NCBI GenBank assembly: GCA_963695855.1
Contig: CAVOHZ010000010.1
Span: 320,001 to 384,000 of the forward strand
From: an uncultured Nitrososphaerales archaeon
Lineage (GTDB): Archaea > Thermoproteota > Nitrososphaeria > Nitrososphaerales > Nitrososphaeraceae
DNA length: 64,000 bases
Reading direction: 5' to 3'
Numbering within the stretch: position 1 is the stretch's first letter; each line of letters starts with the position of its first letter. The position numbers and the translations under genes are program-made. The notes beneath the pieces are model-generated. The model saw nothing but the letters and a program-made list of their open reading frames with translations. It was not told the DNA's origin and searched no databases. Shown piece after piece: positions 32,514 to 43,265 of the stretch.

Positions 32514-33491
32514 CTACTTTGAACCTGTTATATAGTCTAATAAAGTGTCCAAATCTACTGTAGCTACACAACACACTTTGTCTGCACCTCCATAATACAG
32601 AAATAAATTGTTATCCATAATTGCTGTTCCTGTTGGGAATACGACATTATTAACGTCACCAAATCGCTCATAAGGTTCAAATGGTTCTAAAATAGGCCTG
32701 CTACATCTAAATATTACTTTTGATGGATCGTTTAAATCCAATATTACTGCACCTGCCCTATAGACACTTTCCTGACTTACCCCATGATATATCAGTAGCC
32801 ATCCATGTTTTGTCTTTATAGGTGCCGGGCCTGCACCAATTTTTAGATTTTCCCAATCTTGTTCTGGTTTTATAATCATCTTATGTTCGTTCATATCCGT
32901 CAAAGAAGATCCTTTATATAACCAAATACTTGGTTTATCAGTACCATATACCGCTCCAATAAAATGACTGGGTCTTCGTAAAGAGAGATATACACTTTCT
33001 TTTCTTTTAGAACTAGAATTTTTTACAGCAAATTTCTCTGGGAAAAAGACTATATCTTTATTGTTTTCGAGTGGATTGCTAATTATACCCATTTTTGAAA
33101 ATTCCATGAAATCTTTAGTAACAGCCAAAGCTGAAGAGACTATTGGTCTAAATTTTACGTAGTCAGATAATACAACATAAGTAATAAAAATATCATCGTC
33201 GATCATGCTTATCCTTGGATCTTCAATACCATATTTTTCGTAATCTTCAGTAATGTCAATTACAGGATTTTTCCTCCGTTCAAATGTATAACCGTCAACA
33301 CTTTGTGCGTATCCTATTCTCGAAATATAATAATCATATTCTCCTACAGCACGATACAACATATTTACATTCTTTCCGTCATATAGGGTAGAACAATTGA
33401 ATACTGCTTTAGATTCCCATAAGCTGTCAATTTTAGGAGACAGTATAGGGTTCTTTGAGTATCTTTGAAATAATCCATTATCTGTAGCCAA
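32514..33491 (-). CDS. GH130-family glycoside hydrolase/phosphorylase
   Basis: NPILSP, VFN, GIEDPRI, NKD, YHGV, NVVFPTG, YYGGAD. Confidence 0.9.
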   Translation of the reverse strand: MATDNGLFQRYSKNPILSPKIDSLWESKAVFNCSTLYDGKNVNMLYRAVGEYDYYISRIGYAQSVDGYTFERRKNPVIDITEDYEKYGIEDPRISMIDDDIFITYVVLSDYVKFRPIVSSALAVTKDFMEFSKMGIISNPLENNKDIVFFPEKFAVKNSSSKRKESVYLSLRRPSHFIGAVYGTDKPSIWLYKGSSLTDMNEHKMIIKPEQDWENLKIGAGPAPIKTKHGWLLIYHGVSQESVYRAGAVILDLNDPSKVIFRCSRPILEPFEPYERFGDVNNVVFPTGTAIMDNNLFLYYGGADKVCCVATVDLDTLLDYITGSK

Positions 33492-33728
33492 TTGAATTTA
33501 GAAAGATTTGCTGTAAGAATGTTATTAACCTTGAGTTAAACTCTAACTGATATTTGTAACTTAAGAATTAACTATTATTTTGTAATTATTTTGGAAATGT
33601 TTTAATCGTAATAAAAATAAAAATACATCTTGCCTTATTGACTACACGAAAAATTGAATTTTATTACTTGATTTTCAATATGATAAATAAAAATTTAATA
33701 ATATTAAATCCTTGAATAATATTAATAA

Positions 33729-34314
33729 TTATTTTATTGGATTTTCACTATTTTTAGTTTTCACGCTCTTTCTCAGATCCTGAAGGATCTTTTCAATTTG
33801 TTTAACTTGAACTAGATAATTGCTTTTCATATAATCTAGACCAGACTTGTGTTTTTGGAAAGAGGGGGCAGCAACTGCATTCTCTGCTATTATAATATCA
33901 TATCCAGTGAGGAATGCGTCATACACGGAATGTTTAACACATATATCAGTATGAATTCCTGTAAAGATTATTGATTTCACACCTTTTCCTTCGTAAAGTG
34001 AATCAAGTACCTCTGGCAAATTAGTTTTATGAAATGCACTGTAACTATTTTTTAAAATTATATGGTCATTATCTTGTGGTTTTAATTCATTTATAACTTG
34101 CGATCCTTTTGTATCTCTCATTGCATGAGCTCCCCATATTCCTAATTCTCTGTCGGGGGGAATATGAGAATCATTGCAATACACTATAGGAATATTATGA
34201 TGTCTGGCAAAATCAAGCAATAATTTGATGTTAGGTATTATTGTTTGTACTTTGGAAAATTTTAATCTTCCATAAACAAAATCATTTAACATATCTAACA
34301 CCAAGATTACCATT
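33729..34314 (-). CDS. pncA: Isochorismatase-family cysteine hydrolase, probable nicotinamidase (likely start MVILVLD)
   Basis: LDMLNDF, DSH, WGAH, K..YSAF, GIHTDICV; directly downstream of pncB. Confidence 0.8.
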
Positions 34315-34417
34315 CTTTTCAAAACAAGATATATTACTGAACTTGATCTATTTATATGGTTTAATCTATTATTTAATATAGATACACAATACAAGAAACG
34401 TAATAAAAAAGAAGATG

Positions 34418-35782
34418 TTACTTGAAAGATTGAATTGAATTTTTTAATTCCTTACTTAGATATACTGGAAAGGTCTTGAATTCAGGATCAAGTCTTTTAA
34501 ATTTTCTAGGTAATATAGACATCTGATATTCGTAATATTTCTTAATTTCTAGAATTGTAGGAAGATTTGTCATTATATTACCATCTTTAATAATTTGTTT
34601 CAACAGAGGTAGGCCATAAGCAATTTTTTCATATTCAAGAGCTAAAATATCTTTATAAAATTTGTTGTTTTTAATAATTCTAAAAACTTGTTTGGATCCT
34701 GGAAGAGATATCTTGTCTAACGATTTTTTCATCTTATATATTATTTCATATTTTTGTTTATCCTGATCCGAGTATTTTTTGATAGCAACTAATTTATAAA
34801 CACCGTTCAAGGCAGGATCGTCTCTAGATGTCACCAATTCAGTACCCACACCAAAGGAATCAATAGGAATTTTTTTCTTCACCAATTTTTTGATTGTATA
34901 TTCATTAAGATCTCCACTCACCATTATTTTTGTATCTTTGTAACCAGATTTGTCTAGAATTTTCCTAATCTTCCTACACAAATAAAATAAATCTCCACTG
35001 TCAATTCGTACACCACCACACTTTACTCGATCCTTGATAATTTTTTTTATTGCGTTTATCGTATCATAAGTATCTATTAATAAAAAACTATCCGGAAAGA
35101 CAGTCACAAACCTTTTGAATGCTTCTATTTCTTCCTCAAAACTCATTATATATGAATGTGCCATGGTCCCGGCTGCTGGAATTCCATACCGAAATGAAGC
35201 AAGAGTATTTGAGGTGCTTTTACAACCTGCGATATAACTAGCTCGACTTGCAAATAATGCTGCATAAGGACTATGTGCTCTTCTAGAACCGAATTCTATT
35301 ACAGTTTTGTCCCCAGCTGAACTTACTATTCGTGATGCTTTTGAAGCAATTAATGTTTGAAAATTCACCATAGAAAGAACATATGTTTCAAATAATTGAG
35401 CCTGAATAATGGGAGCCTCGATTCTTAAAAATGGCTCATTTGTAAAGAGAATTGTACCTTCAGGTACCGCCCATAAGTCTCCAGTAAATTTAAGATTTGC
35501 TAAATAGTCCAAGAAGTTCTTATCGTTTTTAAATAAATTATGAGTTTTAAGAAAATCAATCTGTTTCTGAGTAAATTTGAAATTCATGAGGAAAGATACT
35601 ATTTGTTCCAATCCGCATACTACCAAATAATTTCTATTATTTGGAAGTTTTCTAACATACATCTCAAATTGCCCAATAGTATCTTTCATACCTGAATTGA
35701 AATATGCTGATGCCATAGTTAATTCATAAAAATCCGTTGCTAAAGCCATATTATTTCCGTCATCGCATGATGAAATGGTCAC
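34418..35782 (-). CDS. pncB: Nicotinate phosphoribosyltransferase
   Basis: TDFYELTM, EFGSRRAH, GTMAHS, LIDTYDT, GVRIDSGDL, GVGT. Confidence 0.95.
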   Translation of the reverse strand: MTISSCDDGNNMALATDFYELTMASAYFNSGMKDTIGQFEMYVRKLPNNRNYLVVCGLEQIVSFLMNFKFTQKQIDFLKTHNLFKNDKNFLDYLANLKFTGDLWAVPEGTILFTNEPFLRIEAPIIQAQLFETYVLSMVNFQTLIASKASRIVSSAGDKTVIEFGSRRAHSPYAALFASRASYIAGCKSTSNTLASFRYGIPAAGTMAHSYIMSFEEEIEAFKRFVTVFPDSFLLIDTYDTINAIKKIIKDRVKCGGVRIDSGDLFYLCRKIRKILDKSGYKDTKIMVSGDLNEYTIKKLVKKKIPIDSFGVGTELVTSRDDPALNGVYKLVAIKKYSDQDKQKYEIIYKMKKSLDKISLPGSKQVFRIIKNNKFYKDILALEYEKIAYGLPLLKQIIKDGNIMTNLPTILEIKKYYEYQMSILPRKFKRLDPEFKTFPVYLSKELKNSIQSFK

Positions 35783-35907
35783 GGGATATCAATAATAGAA
35801 ATCCACTAATAAACATAAAATTCTGATAAAAAACTAAAGCATATTATAAAAAGAATTCGAAATATATTTGAAAAATTTATTAAATTCAAAATAAAGTTAG
35901 ATCTTTT

Positions 35908-37011
35908 TCAGACATGAAGAATTTTGTCTAATGCTTTAACTATATCCGTTTTAGTAACTATTCCGACCAGCTTATTGTTGGAATTAACAACCGGTAGTCC
36001 ACTTATTCCATTTCTTGTCATTATTTTTGCTGCCTCCGCGAGATCGGTTTTGTCTGATACTGTTATAGGTTCTTTCATCATAACATCTTTTGCTACCAGC
36101 ATCGAAGTGACTCTTGTGGGAATATATCGCTGTTCAAGATATTTTGAAGATACTTTTTTAGAAAGTATTGAAGGTGATTTGTCACGTCGGAACAGAAAAC
36201 TGATCGGTAATAGATCTCGAATAGTCACTATGCCAAGCGGTCTATTATTTTCTACTACAATAAGCCTAGATATTTTATGGATATTCATCAATAAAAGTAT
36301 TATATGAATATTTTCATATGGATCGACAGTGTGAACTTTTTTTGTCATCCAATCTTTCGAAATATATTTATTCATAAAATGATATGCATACAACTCTACC
36401 AAATCGCTCTTGGTAATTATTCCCTGTTGGATTCCTTCGTCATCAAGCAGTACCAATGAGCTTATATTATTTTTTAACATTAAAGTCGTACAATTTTTTA
36501 TTTCTGAATTTTGATTAATGGTAACTAGATTTTTTTTCATTACTTCCTTTACCATAATTTCATGAAGTTTTTTTTTGGTAAAGGAGTCATATAGATACTG
36601 GGAAATGTCTTTTTCAGTAATAATACCAATTGGTCTCTGATCTTCAGACACAACTATTCTGCTAATGTTATATCTGATCATAAAATTTCTTGCATCCAAA
36701 AGAGTATTATTTGGTTTCAACGAAATTATTTCTCTGCTAACATCGTAAGCATCTAGTAGAAAATTGTCGTAATGCGTCGATTTTTTCTTCAAGTAAAGAT
36801 TCCCCTTAGCTGTAGCGATATACTCCCCGCTTGGTCCGAAATATTGTAATAATCCTCTATTTACCAATTCTGCAGTGTATCTTCTAACTTGTTGATGAGA
36901 AAAAGCTAATTCTTGTTGAATTTTTTTCTTTGTTAAAGGTTCAGTAGCTAATCCTAAGATCTTAATAAAAATTCTTTCTTGTCCACCTAAATTTATCGGT
37001 ATCTTGATTAT
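35908..37011 (-). CDS. Winged-HTH plus four-CBS-domain protein (frame is open upstream of the annotated TTG at 36867)
   Basis: Two CBS pairs; upstream in-frame sequence IKILGLATEPLTKKKIQQELAFSHQQVRRYTAELVNRGLL...YIATAKG is a wHTH; only ATA/ATC/ATT starts are available. Confidence 0.75.
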   Translation of the reverse strand: MIKIPINLGGQERIFIKILGLATEPLTKKKIQQELAFSHQQVRRYTAELVNRGLLQYFGPSGEYIATAKGNLYLKKKSTHYDNFLLDAYDVSREIISLKPNNTLLDARNFMIRYNISRIVVSEDQRPIGIITEKDISQYLYDSFTKKKLHEIMVKEVMKKNLVTINQNSEIKNCTTLMLKNNISSLVLLDDEGIQQGIITKSDLVELYAYHFMNKYISKDWMTKKVHTVDPYENIHIILLLMNIHKISRLIVVENNRPLGIVTIRDLLPISFLFRRDKSPSILSKKVSSKYLEQRYIPTRVTSMLVAKDVMMKEPITVSDKTDLAEAAKIMTRNGISGLPVVNSNNKLVGIVTKTDIVKALDKILHV

Positions 37012-37066
37012 TTCATATCACTGCATATTGTTAGAAAATTTATTATAAAAACAATATGTCTCAATG

Positions 37067-37081
37067 AATTGCAGTGCAATT
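37067..37081. promoter_or_regulatory. Palindromic operator AATTGCA-g-TGCAATT
   Basis: Perfect palindrome about 17 bp upstream of the minus-strand TATA (37043-37050). Confidence 0.6.
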
Positions 37082-37159
37082 ATAAAATATTCATTAAAGA
37101 TTCTTTACATATTACCTGAGAAAAATTAAAGATCGGTAAAAAAAATAATGGTAAAAAAT

Positions 37160-37678
37160 TTATTTTACATCTATTTTGACCGATTCTGTTTGTTCTGGCT
37201 TGGTGGGTACCTTTTTTGGAATAGAAATGTGTAAGACGCCATTTTTCATTTCAGCTTCGATATTTTTAGGTATTACTTCTTCAGGAAGGGGAAGTTCTCT
37301 TTGAAATGATTTATACGATCTTTCGTTATAGAGATAATTCTTTCTTTTCTCTTCAGTTTTTTCAGTTTGCTCTCCAGATACTCGGATCGAATTTTTTGTC
37401 GCATTGATTTGGATTTTTTCCTTGGCCATACCTGGGGTTTCCAGTGACAGTTCATATTTATCTCCTTTGTCTATAAGATCGCATAAAGGCATTCTCACTT
37501 CCAGTTCTTCATATTTAGGAAATCCAATTGTTGGAAATCTCCAATCCCAAAGTGAGGGAAATCGTGGTGAAAATGCACTCTCAATGTCCCTTCTAAAATT
37601 TTCAAAGATATCATCCATTTGAGCGGGGTAACGATCATCTTTTATTTTCTTTTTCTCTATTGAATTTGGTTTATCCAT
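37160..37678 (-). CDS. Small heat-shock protein (Hsp20)
   Basis: ERSYKSFQRELPLPEEV...AEMKNGVLHISIPK; C-terminal VKIDV (IxI-like). Confidence 0.93.
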   Translation of the reverse strand: MDKPNSIEKKKIKDDRYPAQMDDIFENFRRDIESAFSPRFPSLWDWRFPTIGFPKYEELEVRMPLCDLIDKGDKYELSLETPGMAKEKIQINATKNSIRVSGEQTEKTEEKRKNYLYNERSYKSFQRELPLPEEVIPKNIEAEMKNGVLHISIPKKVPTKPEQTESVKIDVK

Positions 37679-37719
37679 ATTTGAAAGGAACAGTCAATTT
37701 ATTTATTTACTAAGCATTC

Positions 37720-37737
37720 AGTGTATTGCAATGCACT
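37720..37737. promoter_or_regulatory. Palindromic operator AGTGTATTGCAATGCACT upstream of hsp20
   Basis: 18-bp palindrome with one mismatch, just upstream of the AT-rich TATA region. Confidence 0.6.
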
Positions 37738-38014
37738 AGAACATAGCCAAAATTATAACACTACAGAAATAGGCTTTTCATTAAAATTAATAACACAATA
37801 CACTTTATTTGATAAATGCAATTTTATTCTTAACCTTTAGATCGTATGTATAAGCAAATGATTTTATTGAATTATATTAGATATTTAAGCCAGAACTTAT
37901 TTGATGTTTTACCTTCTTGAACTTAAAAAAACATGATCATCGGACTTCGTTCTATTTTACCTATACATTACTTTTTTTTATGATGTTTTTTATTTCCAGT
38001 CAACTACTTCAAAA

Positions 38015-39079
38015 TCATAATGTTTTCATAACAATATCCCAAGGAGTAACTATTTTATTTCTGTTTTCCAAAATTAAATATGGATTCCTAGGATCCAACA
38101 AAAGTTCTGCAGCTTGTCTTACAGTAGTATCGTCTTTGACCTCAGAGATATTAGAGATAGTGAGATTTTGTTTAATTTTTTTTTGTGAAATGATATCGTA
38201 ATTAATTTTTTTTCTAATTTCTAGTGTGTCTATGGAATCACGTTTATTTTCCACGACCATTCTTGTAGCAGGAGATAATAGAAATTCAAGGATATTCCTA
38301 TCATTTATAATACCGATAACTTTCGATCTTTTGTCCATTACCCCTAAGTTACGAATATTTTTCCTAAACATAACAGATAGAACATTTTGCAGGCCATCAT
38401 CCTGACTCACTGATATCAAGTCCGAAGCAACGTCTTTTGCTGGCAAACTTTTTATTTTCTCAATATCGATATCAACAATGCTATTACTAGCATCTTTGGT
38501 ATTTGCATATTTTTTTATTCCTGTAAATAATTTTAAAAAATCCCTAACAGTAATCGACGCCACTGCTTTGTGATATTTTGTATTATTATTATCGATTGTT
38601 TCTACTATGGGAATAAATGCAAATCTTGTTTTTTTAAAGGCGTCTAAAACATTCCTAATGGTTGAATCAAGCTCTATAATTAGATTTTCAGTTATTTTTT
38701 CCATTATGTCAGATGCCTTTCTAACATAGAGGGACTGAGGATAATAGGATACAGGTTTGTATGAATTGGGATTGATAATACATTGAATGATATGTTTACT
38801 ACCTATCCTACCTAAAACATTTTGAATGATAATTTGTTGTTCTTCTCTTCCTGCTATTCCTTTTTGTTCTACTTTTTTTTGTTTTGTAATTTCATTTTCT
38901 AAAACTACTACCAATCCATCTATATAGATTTGAGGACCTATTGCAAGAAAGGTAGCAAGTTGAATTAAATTTGAGTTTAGGTAAGTAAACGAAAATGGAC
39001 GTTTGGTTAGATGAGGAAATGTCTCGGTAATGGGATCATCTAAACTAAAATGGGAGATAGTCATGTGACCAAATTTCAT
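38015..39079 (-). CDS. CBS-domain protein
   Basis: MFRKNIRNLGVMD...IGIINDRNIL; C-terminal IVTPWDIV. Confidence 0.8.
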   Translation of the reverse strand: MKFGHMTISHFSLDDPITETFPHLTKRPFSFTYLNSNLIQLATFLAIGPQIYIDGLVVVLENEITKQKKVEQKGIAGREEQQIIIQNVLGRIGSKHIIQCIINPNSYKPVSYYPQSLYVRKASDIMEKITENLIIELDSTIRNVLDAFKKTRFAFIPIVETIDNNNTKYHKAVASITVRDFLKLFTGIKKYANTKDASNSIVDIDIEKIKSLPAKDVASDLISVSQDDGLQNVLSVMFRKNIRNLGVMDKRSKVIGIINDRNILEFLLSPATRMVVENKRDSIDTLEIRKKINYDIISQKKIKQNLTISNISEVKDDTTVRQAAELLLDPRNPYLILENRNKIVTPWDIVMKTL

Positions 39080-39590
39080 TTAGCTTGTTGATAAATGATT
39101 CATCGTAAAGAGGGATTTGATTGTCAATTATTTGGGGCAATTGATTGATTGTCTGAACGAGATATCTAACAATATCAGTAAAGGAAATTATTCCTATTAT
39201 ATGATCATTTGAATCTAAAATCGGAAGTCTTTTAATATTTTTCAAATTCATATACTCTAACGCATCTTTTATAGAGTGAGTGGAGTTAATTGTTATTAAC
39301 GGTTTACTCATTATTTCACCTGCTAGGCTCAATTTCAAAATTGAACCAGAACCTAAAAATCTGACGATATCCCTTTCAGTAATTATTCCGGCAGTATACA
39401 ATAGATTATCCTCCTTTCTCTCAAAAGAAATATTTTCATTTTCATTGAATAAATCCTCTTCTACAATTATTATACTTCCTATTTTTTTTTCATACATTTT
39501 TTGGCAGATATTTAGAATATTGTGATCATCAGATGCTATTTCAACATTTTTTGCCATAATTGCAGTGACAGAAGTTTGATCCATACTCAT
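39045..39590 (-). CDS. CBS-pair protein
   Basis: GIITERDIV, IMSKPLITI, IKRLPI, GIISFTDI. Confidence 0.9.
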   Translation of the reverse strand: MSMDQTSVTAIMAKNVEIASDDHNILNICQKMYEKKIGSIIIVEEDLFNENENISFERKEDNLLYTAGIITERDIVRFLGSGSILKLSLAGEIMSKPLITINSTHSIKDALEYMNLKNIKRLPILDSNDHIIGIISFTDIVRYLVQTINQLPQIIDNQIPLYDESFINKLNEIWSHDYLPF

Positions 39591-39837
39591 AATAAAACTA
39601 TCAATAATTGAATATATAAGGTTAGTATGGTTTCATTGCATTCAACTGCAATATATTAAATTAGTTGTTTGATATTTCTTGTGTTAAGGATAATAGTAAC
39701 ACCTATAAAAAAATTTTGACCTTTAAATGTTATCTTTTTCTATTATCTCATAATTTCAAATCAGTTTCATGCATTAACCACAAATATAGAAAAAGATATA
39801 CGATAAATCTGTTTAATAAGTACACTAACTTTTTAAA

Positions 39838-40467
39838 TTGCCAACTAATATCTTTTCATATATGTCAGATTCTTACTCTTCTCAGTATTTACAAAAATCA
39901 AAGAAAAAAAAAACCAGATGCATAACATTTAGGCTTGAGGCAGGAATAGTTGAAGACTTAACAAAGGAATCTGAACAAAAAGAAATCTCATTAAATGTTT
40001 TGGTTAATCAAATCTTGAGAAGATATTCTGAATGGGATAGATATGAAAATAAACTAGGGATCATTCCTGTACCAAGAGCGATCATGACAGCATTAATAGA
40101 AAAGAGCTTACAAATAGGTAAAGAAGCTGGAATAAAGGACCTAGAGACACACAGAAACCTACTAATTAAAGAGGCTGCGTCAGTTGCTTTTGAATCGCTA
40201 AGAGAATCAGTATTATTTATGAAAAATCAATTCAATTTATTTAGTGTTTTATCCATTTTGGAAGAATACATGAAAGTATGTGGAATGAATTCAGAACATA
40301 AATTTGATTCAGGAAGACGTCATATCTTTTCACTTCAACATGATATGGGTGAAAATTGGTCATTGTTTTCAAAAGAACTACTGGAGAAGATTTTTTTTGA
40401 ATTAGCCCAGTCTAAAGTTAAAATTACTTACACTCATAGTACTTTAGTAGCAGAGGTTTTATTGTAA
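39838..40467 (+). CDS. RHH-type transcriptional regulator with a C-terminal ligand-binding-like domain (Nitrososphaera-typical)
   Basis: TRCITFRLE...ISLNVLVNQILRRY...HDMGENWSLF. Confidence 0.7.
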   Translation: MPTNIFSYMSDSYSSQYLQKSKKKKTRCITFRLEAGIVEDLTKESEQKEISLNVLVNQILRRYSEWDRYENKLGIIPVPRAIMTALIEKSLQIGKEAGIKDLETHRNLLIKEAASVAFESLRESVLFMKNQFNLFSVLSILEEYMKVCGMNSEHKFDSGRRHIFSLQHDMGENWSLFSKELLEKIFFELAQSKVKITYTHSTLVAEVLL

Positions 40468-40481
40468 ATTATAAAAAAATC

Positions 40482-40492
40482 TTGCATTGCAA
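40482..40492. promoter_or_regulatory. Palindromic operator TTGCA-t-TGCAA
   Basis: About 17 bp upstream of the TATA (ttttaata, about 40509) of 40538..40903. Confidence 0.55.
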
Positions 40493-40537
40493 TCCTATTA
40501 GTTAAATAGTTTTAATACGAGCTTATTTCATTTCAAG

Positions 40538-40903
40538 ATGAGACAAGACAATATCGATATTGTTAAAAATTTTTTTTCTTTAATAGAACAAAGAGATATT
40601 GATGGTTTAGTCGATTTGTTTGATGAAGATTGCGTAGTTTATGAACCATTCAGTAAAGAAAATGGTTTACAAAAAAATAATTTGAAGCCATTTTTCCAAG
40701 TTTTTGTTAATACTAACAACGGTATAACAAGAGAAGTTAGTTTTCTGGATAAAGGTAACCAACTTAATGAAATTGAGACTTTGGTTACTTTTAACAAAGA
40801 TGGGATGCTACGCGCCAAGTTTATTTTTAATATAAAACATTATTCCGATGATTTTGGAATAGAATTGAATAAAATTGAGACTCTACATATAGACTTCATT
40901 TGA
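40538..40903 (+). CDS. SnoaL/NTF2-like protein
   Basis: IVKNFF...DIDGLVDLFDEDCVVYEP. Confidence 0.75.
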   Translation: MRQDNIDIVKNFFSLIEQRDIDGLVDLFDEDCVVYEPFSKENGLQKNNLKPFFQVFVNTNNGITREVSFLDKGNQLNEIETLVTFNKDGMLRAKFIFNIKHYSDDFGIELNKIETLHIDFI

Positions 40904-40987
40904 TGTATACAAAAATTAAACCAAAATGCACTATTAAGAAATAAGTAACCCAGAACGAGAAAAAAATAAGAAAACAAACGAAAAAAA

Positions 40988-43150
40988 CTAGGTTTCTTTC
41001 ATTTGATAAACATATTTTTCTAAATCTTCTTTTTTGTTAATTGGAAGAGAACACGTAAAATCTTTACATATGTATACAGATTCTTTGAATTTGTTTATAT
41101 CATCTATTTTAATTTCTTTTCCCTTGACTATCCCAAAATCAAGTAATTTATGATAACTTTTGGAATCTGAATTCACTACAAGCAAGATTTTATTTGGAAT
41201 ATATTGTTTTGCTATCCACGAGGTTAAGGATGTGGTCTTACCGGAAGTATCATTTGATTCTATTTTATCATTTCTAAGTACTATGATTTCTACTGGTTTT
41301 TTAATATAGAAATATGTCGAAATCAATAATTGTCCAAAACCGAAAGGATTTTGGATAGATGCAAGATAACATGATCTGATAATATCGGTTGCCTTTTCAT
41401 AATAATCATTATTTTGAGTAATAAAATGCAGTCTCAAAAGAGCATACGCTGCCATCGAATTTCCGCTAGGAACGGCCAGATCATAAAAGTTCTTTGTACG
41501 TATTATCAGCTGTTCATGATCATCAGAGGTGAAGAAGAAATTCTTATCCTTCGAATCCCAGAAATGAGAGATCATAGAATTTGTATAACCTATTGCTTTT
41601 TCAAGGTAAATAGGATCTGAATCACATTCAAAGTAGTCAATTAGAGCGTTAATATAATACGCATAATCATCTATATATCCATTCAATTTCGATTGGCCGT
41701 CTTTGAAAGTATGTTGCAGTCTATAACCATCGATTGCCACCTTCTTTTCAATGAATGAGATTGTCTTTCTTGCCGTATTCAGATAGTCTAAATCATCTGT
41801 CACCTTAAAGGCAGATACAAAAGAAGATATCATTAAAGAATTCCATGATACCAAGATTTTCTCGTCTTTTCCAGGAGGTACTCTATTTGCTCGATATTTA
41901 AATAACATGCTTAAGGAGTCGTCCAGAAGGCTCTCAATTTCACTCAAAGATAATTCATATTTTTTTGATAATGAACTCATTGACTTTGTAACATTTAGAA
42001 TATTCTTTCCTTCAAAGTTTCCGCCTTGTGATACACCAAAGTAGTCACAAAAGATTTCAATTATTTTTTGATCTTTCAAAATCTCTTCAATTTCATTTTT
42101 TTTCCAGATGTAGAATTTTCCCTCCTCTCCTTCAGAATCCGCATCTTGAGAAGAGAAAAATCCACACAGGTCATCGCCTTCTTTATATGTCATCTCTCTT
42201 AAGACATATCTACAAGTTTTATCTATCAACTTTTTATACTCATCTTTCTTTGTTATTTGATAAAGTTCTGAAAATAATTGTACAAGTAATGCATTATCAT
42301 ATAGCATTTTTTCAAAATGAGGTACCAACCATCGTTGATCGGTAGAGTATCTCGAAAAACCGCCTCCAACATGATCGTGAAGTCCTCCCAACGATATCTT
42401 GTTAGCTGTGAATTCTACAAAATTAAGAAATTGACCATTTTTAGAATAATCATAATATCTAAGAAGGAATAAAAGGTTGGAAGTATTAGGAAATTTAGGA
42501 GCCTGACCAAAGCCACCATGAATCGGATCGGCTAATTGGAGTAGATTTATTGCAGATTCGTCCAGAACTGATTTTTCGATTTCCGTATCTCTTTCTTTTG
42601 TGAGATTCCCCGATGTAGATAAAAGTGAATCCATGAACTCCTTTGCCGCTCTATCGATATCATCTTTTTTTTTCTTGTAAGACTGTGATAAAGTTTCTAA
42701 AATTGTAGCAAATCCAGGGATACCATATCTAGAATGTTTTGGAAAATATGTGCCAACATAAAATGGTTTTTGACTAGGAGTAAGAAATACTGATAGAGGC
42801 CAACCACCGTTGCCTGTTGCGAGTTGGCAAACCTTTTGATATATTTCATCGATGTCTGGACGTTCTTCCCTGTCAACTTTAATATTAATAAAATTAGCAT
42901 TTAAAATTTTTGCAATTTCTTCATCTTCAAAGGATTCATGTGCCATAACATGACACCAATGACAGGCACTATAGCCAACACTAAGAAAAATTGGTTTATC
43001 TTCATCTTTTGCCTTTCTTATGGCGCTTTCATTCCAAGGGTACCACTCTACAGGATTATATGCATGTTGTAAAAGATATGGACTAGATTCAGAGATTAGT
43101 TTATTCGGCTTAAGATTATCATGCCTTTTGTAAGTCGAATTATTTTCCAA
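40988..43150 (-). CDS. YyaL/SSP411-family thioredoxin-domain protein
   Basis: [38 protein letters not shown]. Confidence 0.93.
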   Translation of the reverse strand: MENNSTYKRHDNLKPNKLISESSPYLLQHAYNPVEWYPWNESAIRKAKDEDKPIFLSVGYSACHWCHVMAHESFEDEEIAKILNANFINIKVDREERPDIDEIYQKVCQLATGNGGWPLSVFLTPSQKPFYVGTYFPKHSRYGIPGFATILETLSQSYKKKKDDIDRAAKEFMDSLLSTSGNLTKERDTEIEKSVLDESAINLLQLADPIHGGFGQAPKFPNTSNLLFLLRYYDYSKNGQFLNFVEFTANKISLGGLHDHVGGGFSRYSTDQRWLVPHFEKMLYDNALLVQLFSELYQITKKDEYKKLIDKTCRYVLREMTYKEGDDLCGFFSSQDADSEGEEGKFYIWKKNEIEEILKDQKIIEIFCDYFGVSQGGNFEGKNILNVTKSMSSLSKKYELSLSEIESLLDDSLSMLFKYRANRVPPGKDEKILVSWNSLMISSFVSAFKVTDDLDYLNTARKTISFIEKKVAIDGYRLQHTFKDGQSKLNGYIDDYAYYINALIDYFECDSDPIYLEKAIGYTNSMISHFWDSKDKNFFFTSDDHEQLIIRTKNFYDLAVPSGNSMAAYALLRLHFITQNNDYYEKATDIIRSCYLASIQNPFGFGQLLISTYFYIKKPVEIIVLRNDKIESNDTSGKTTSLTSWIAKQYIPNKILLVVNSDSKSYHKLLDFGIVKGKEIKIDDINKFKESVYICKDFTCSLPINKKEDLEKYVYQMKET

Positions 43151-43265
43151 TAAAAATTTTATCTACGCATCTACTTTTAATTGTATTTACAAGAAAAATT
43201 TCAAATTGTTATAGTCAATAAAAATTTAAACTATTATAATAATAACAGTGAGTATATTTTAAAAA

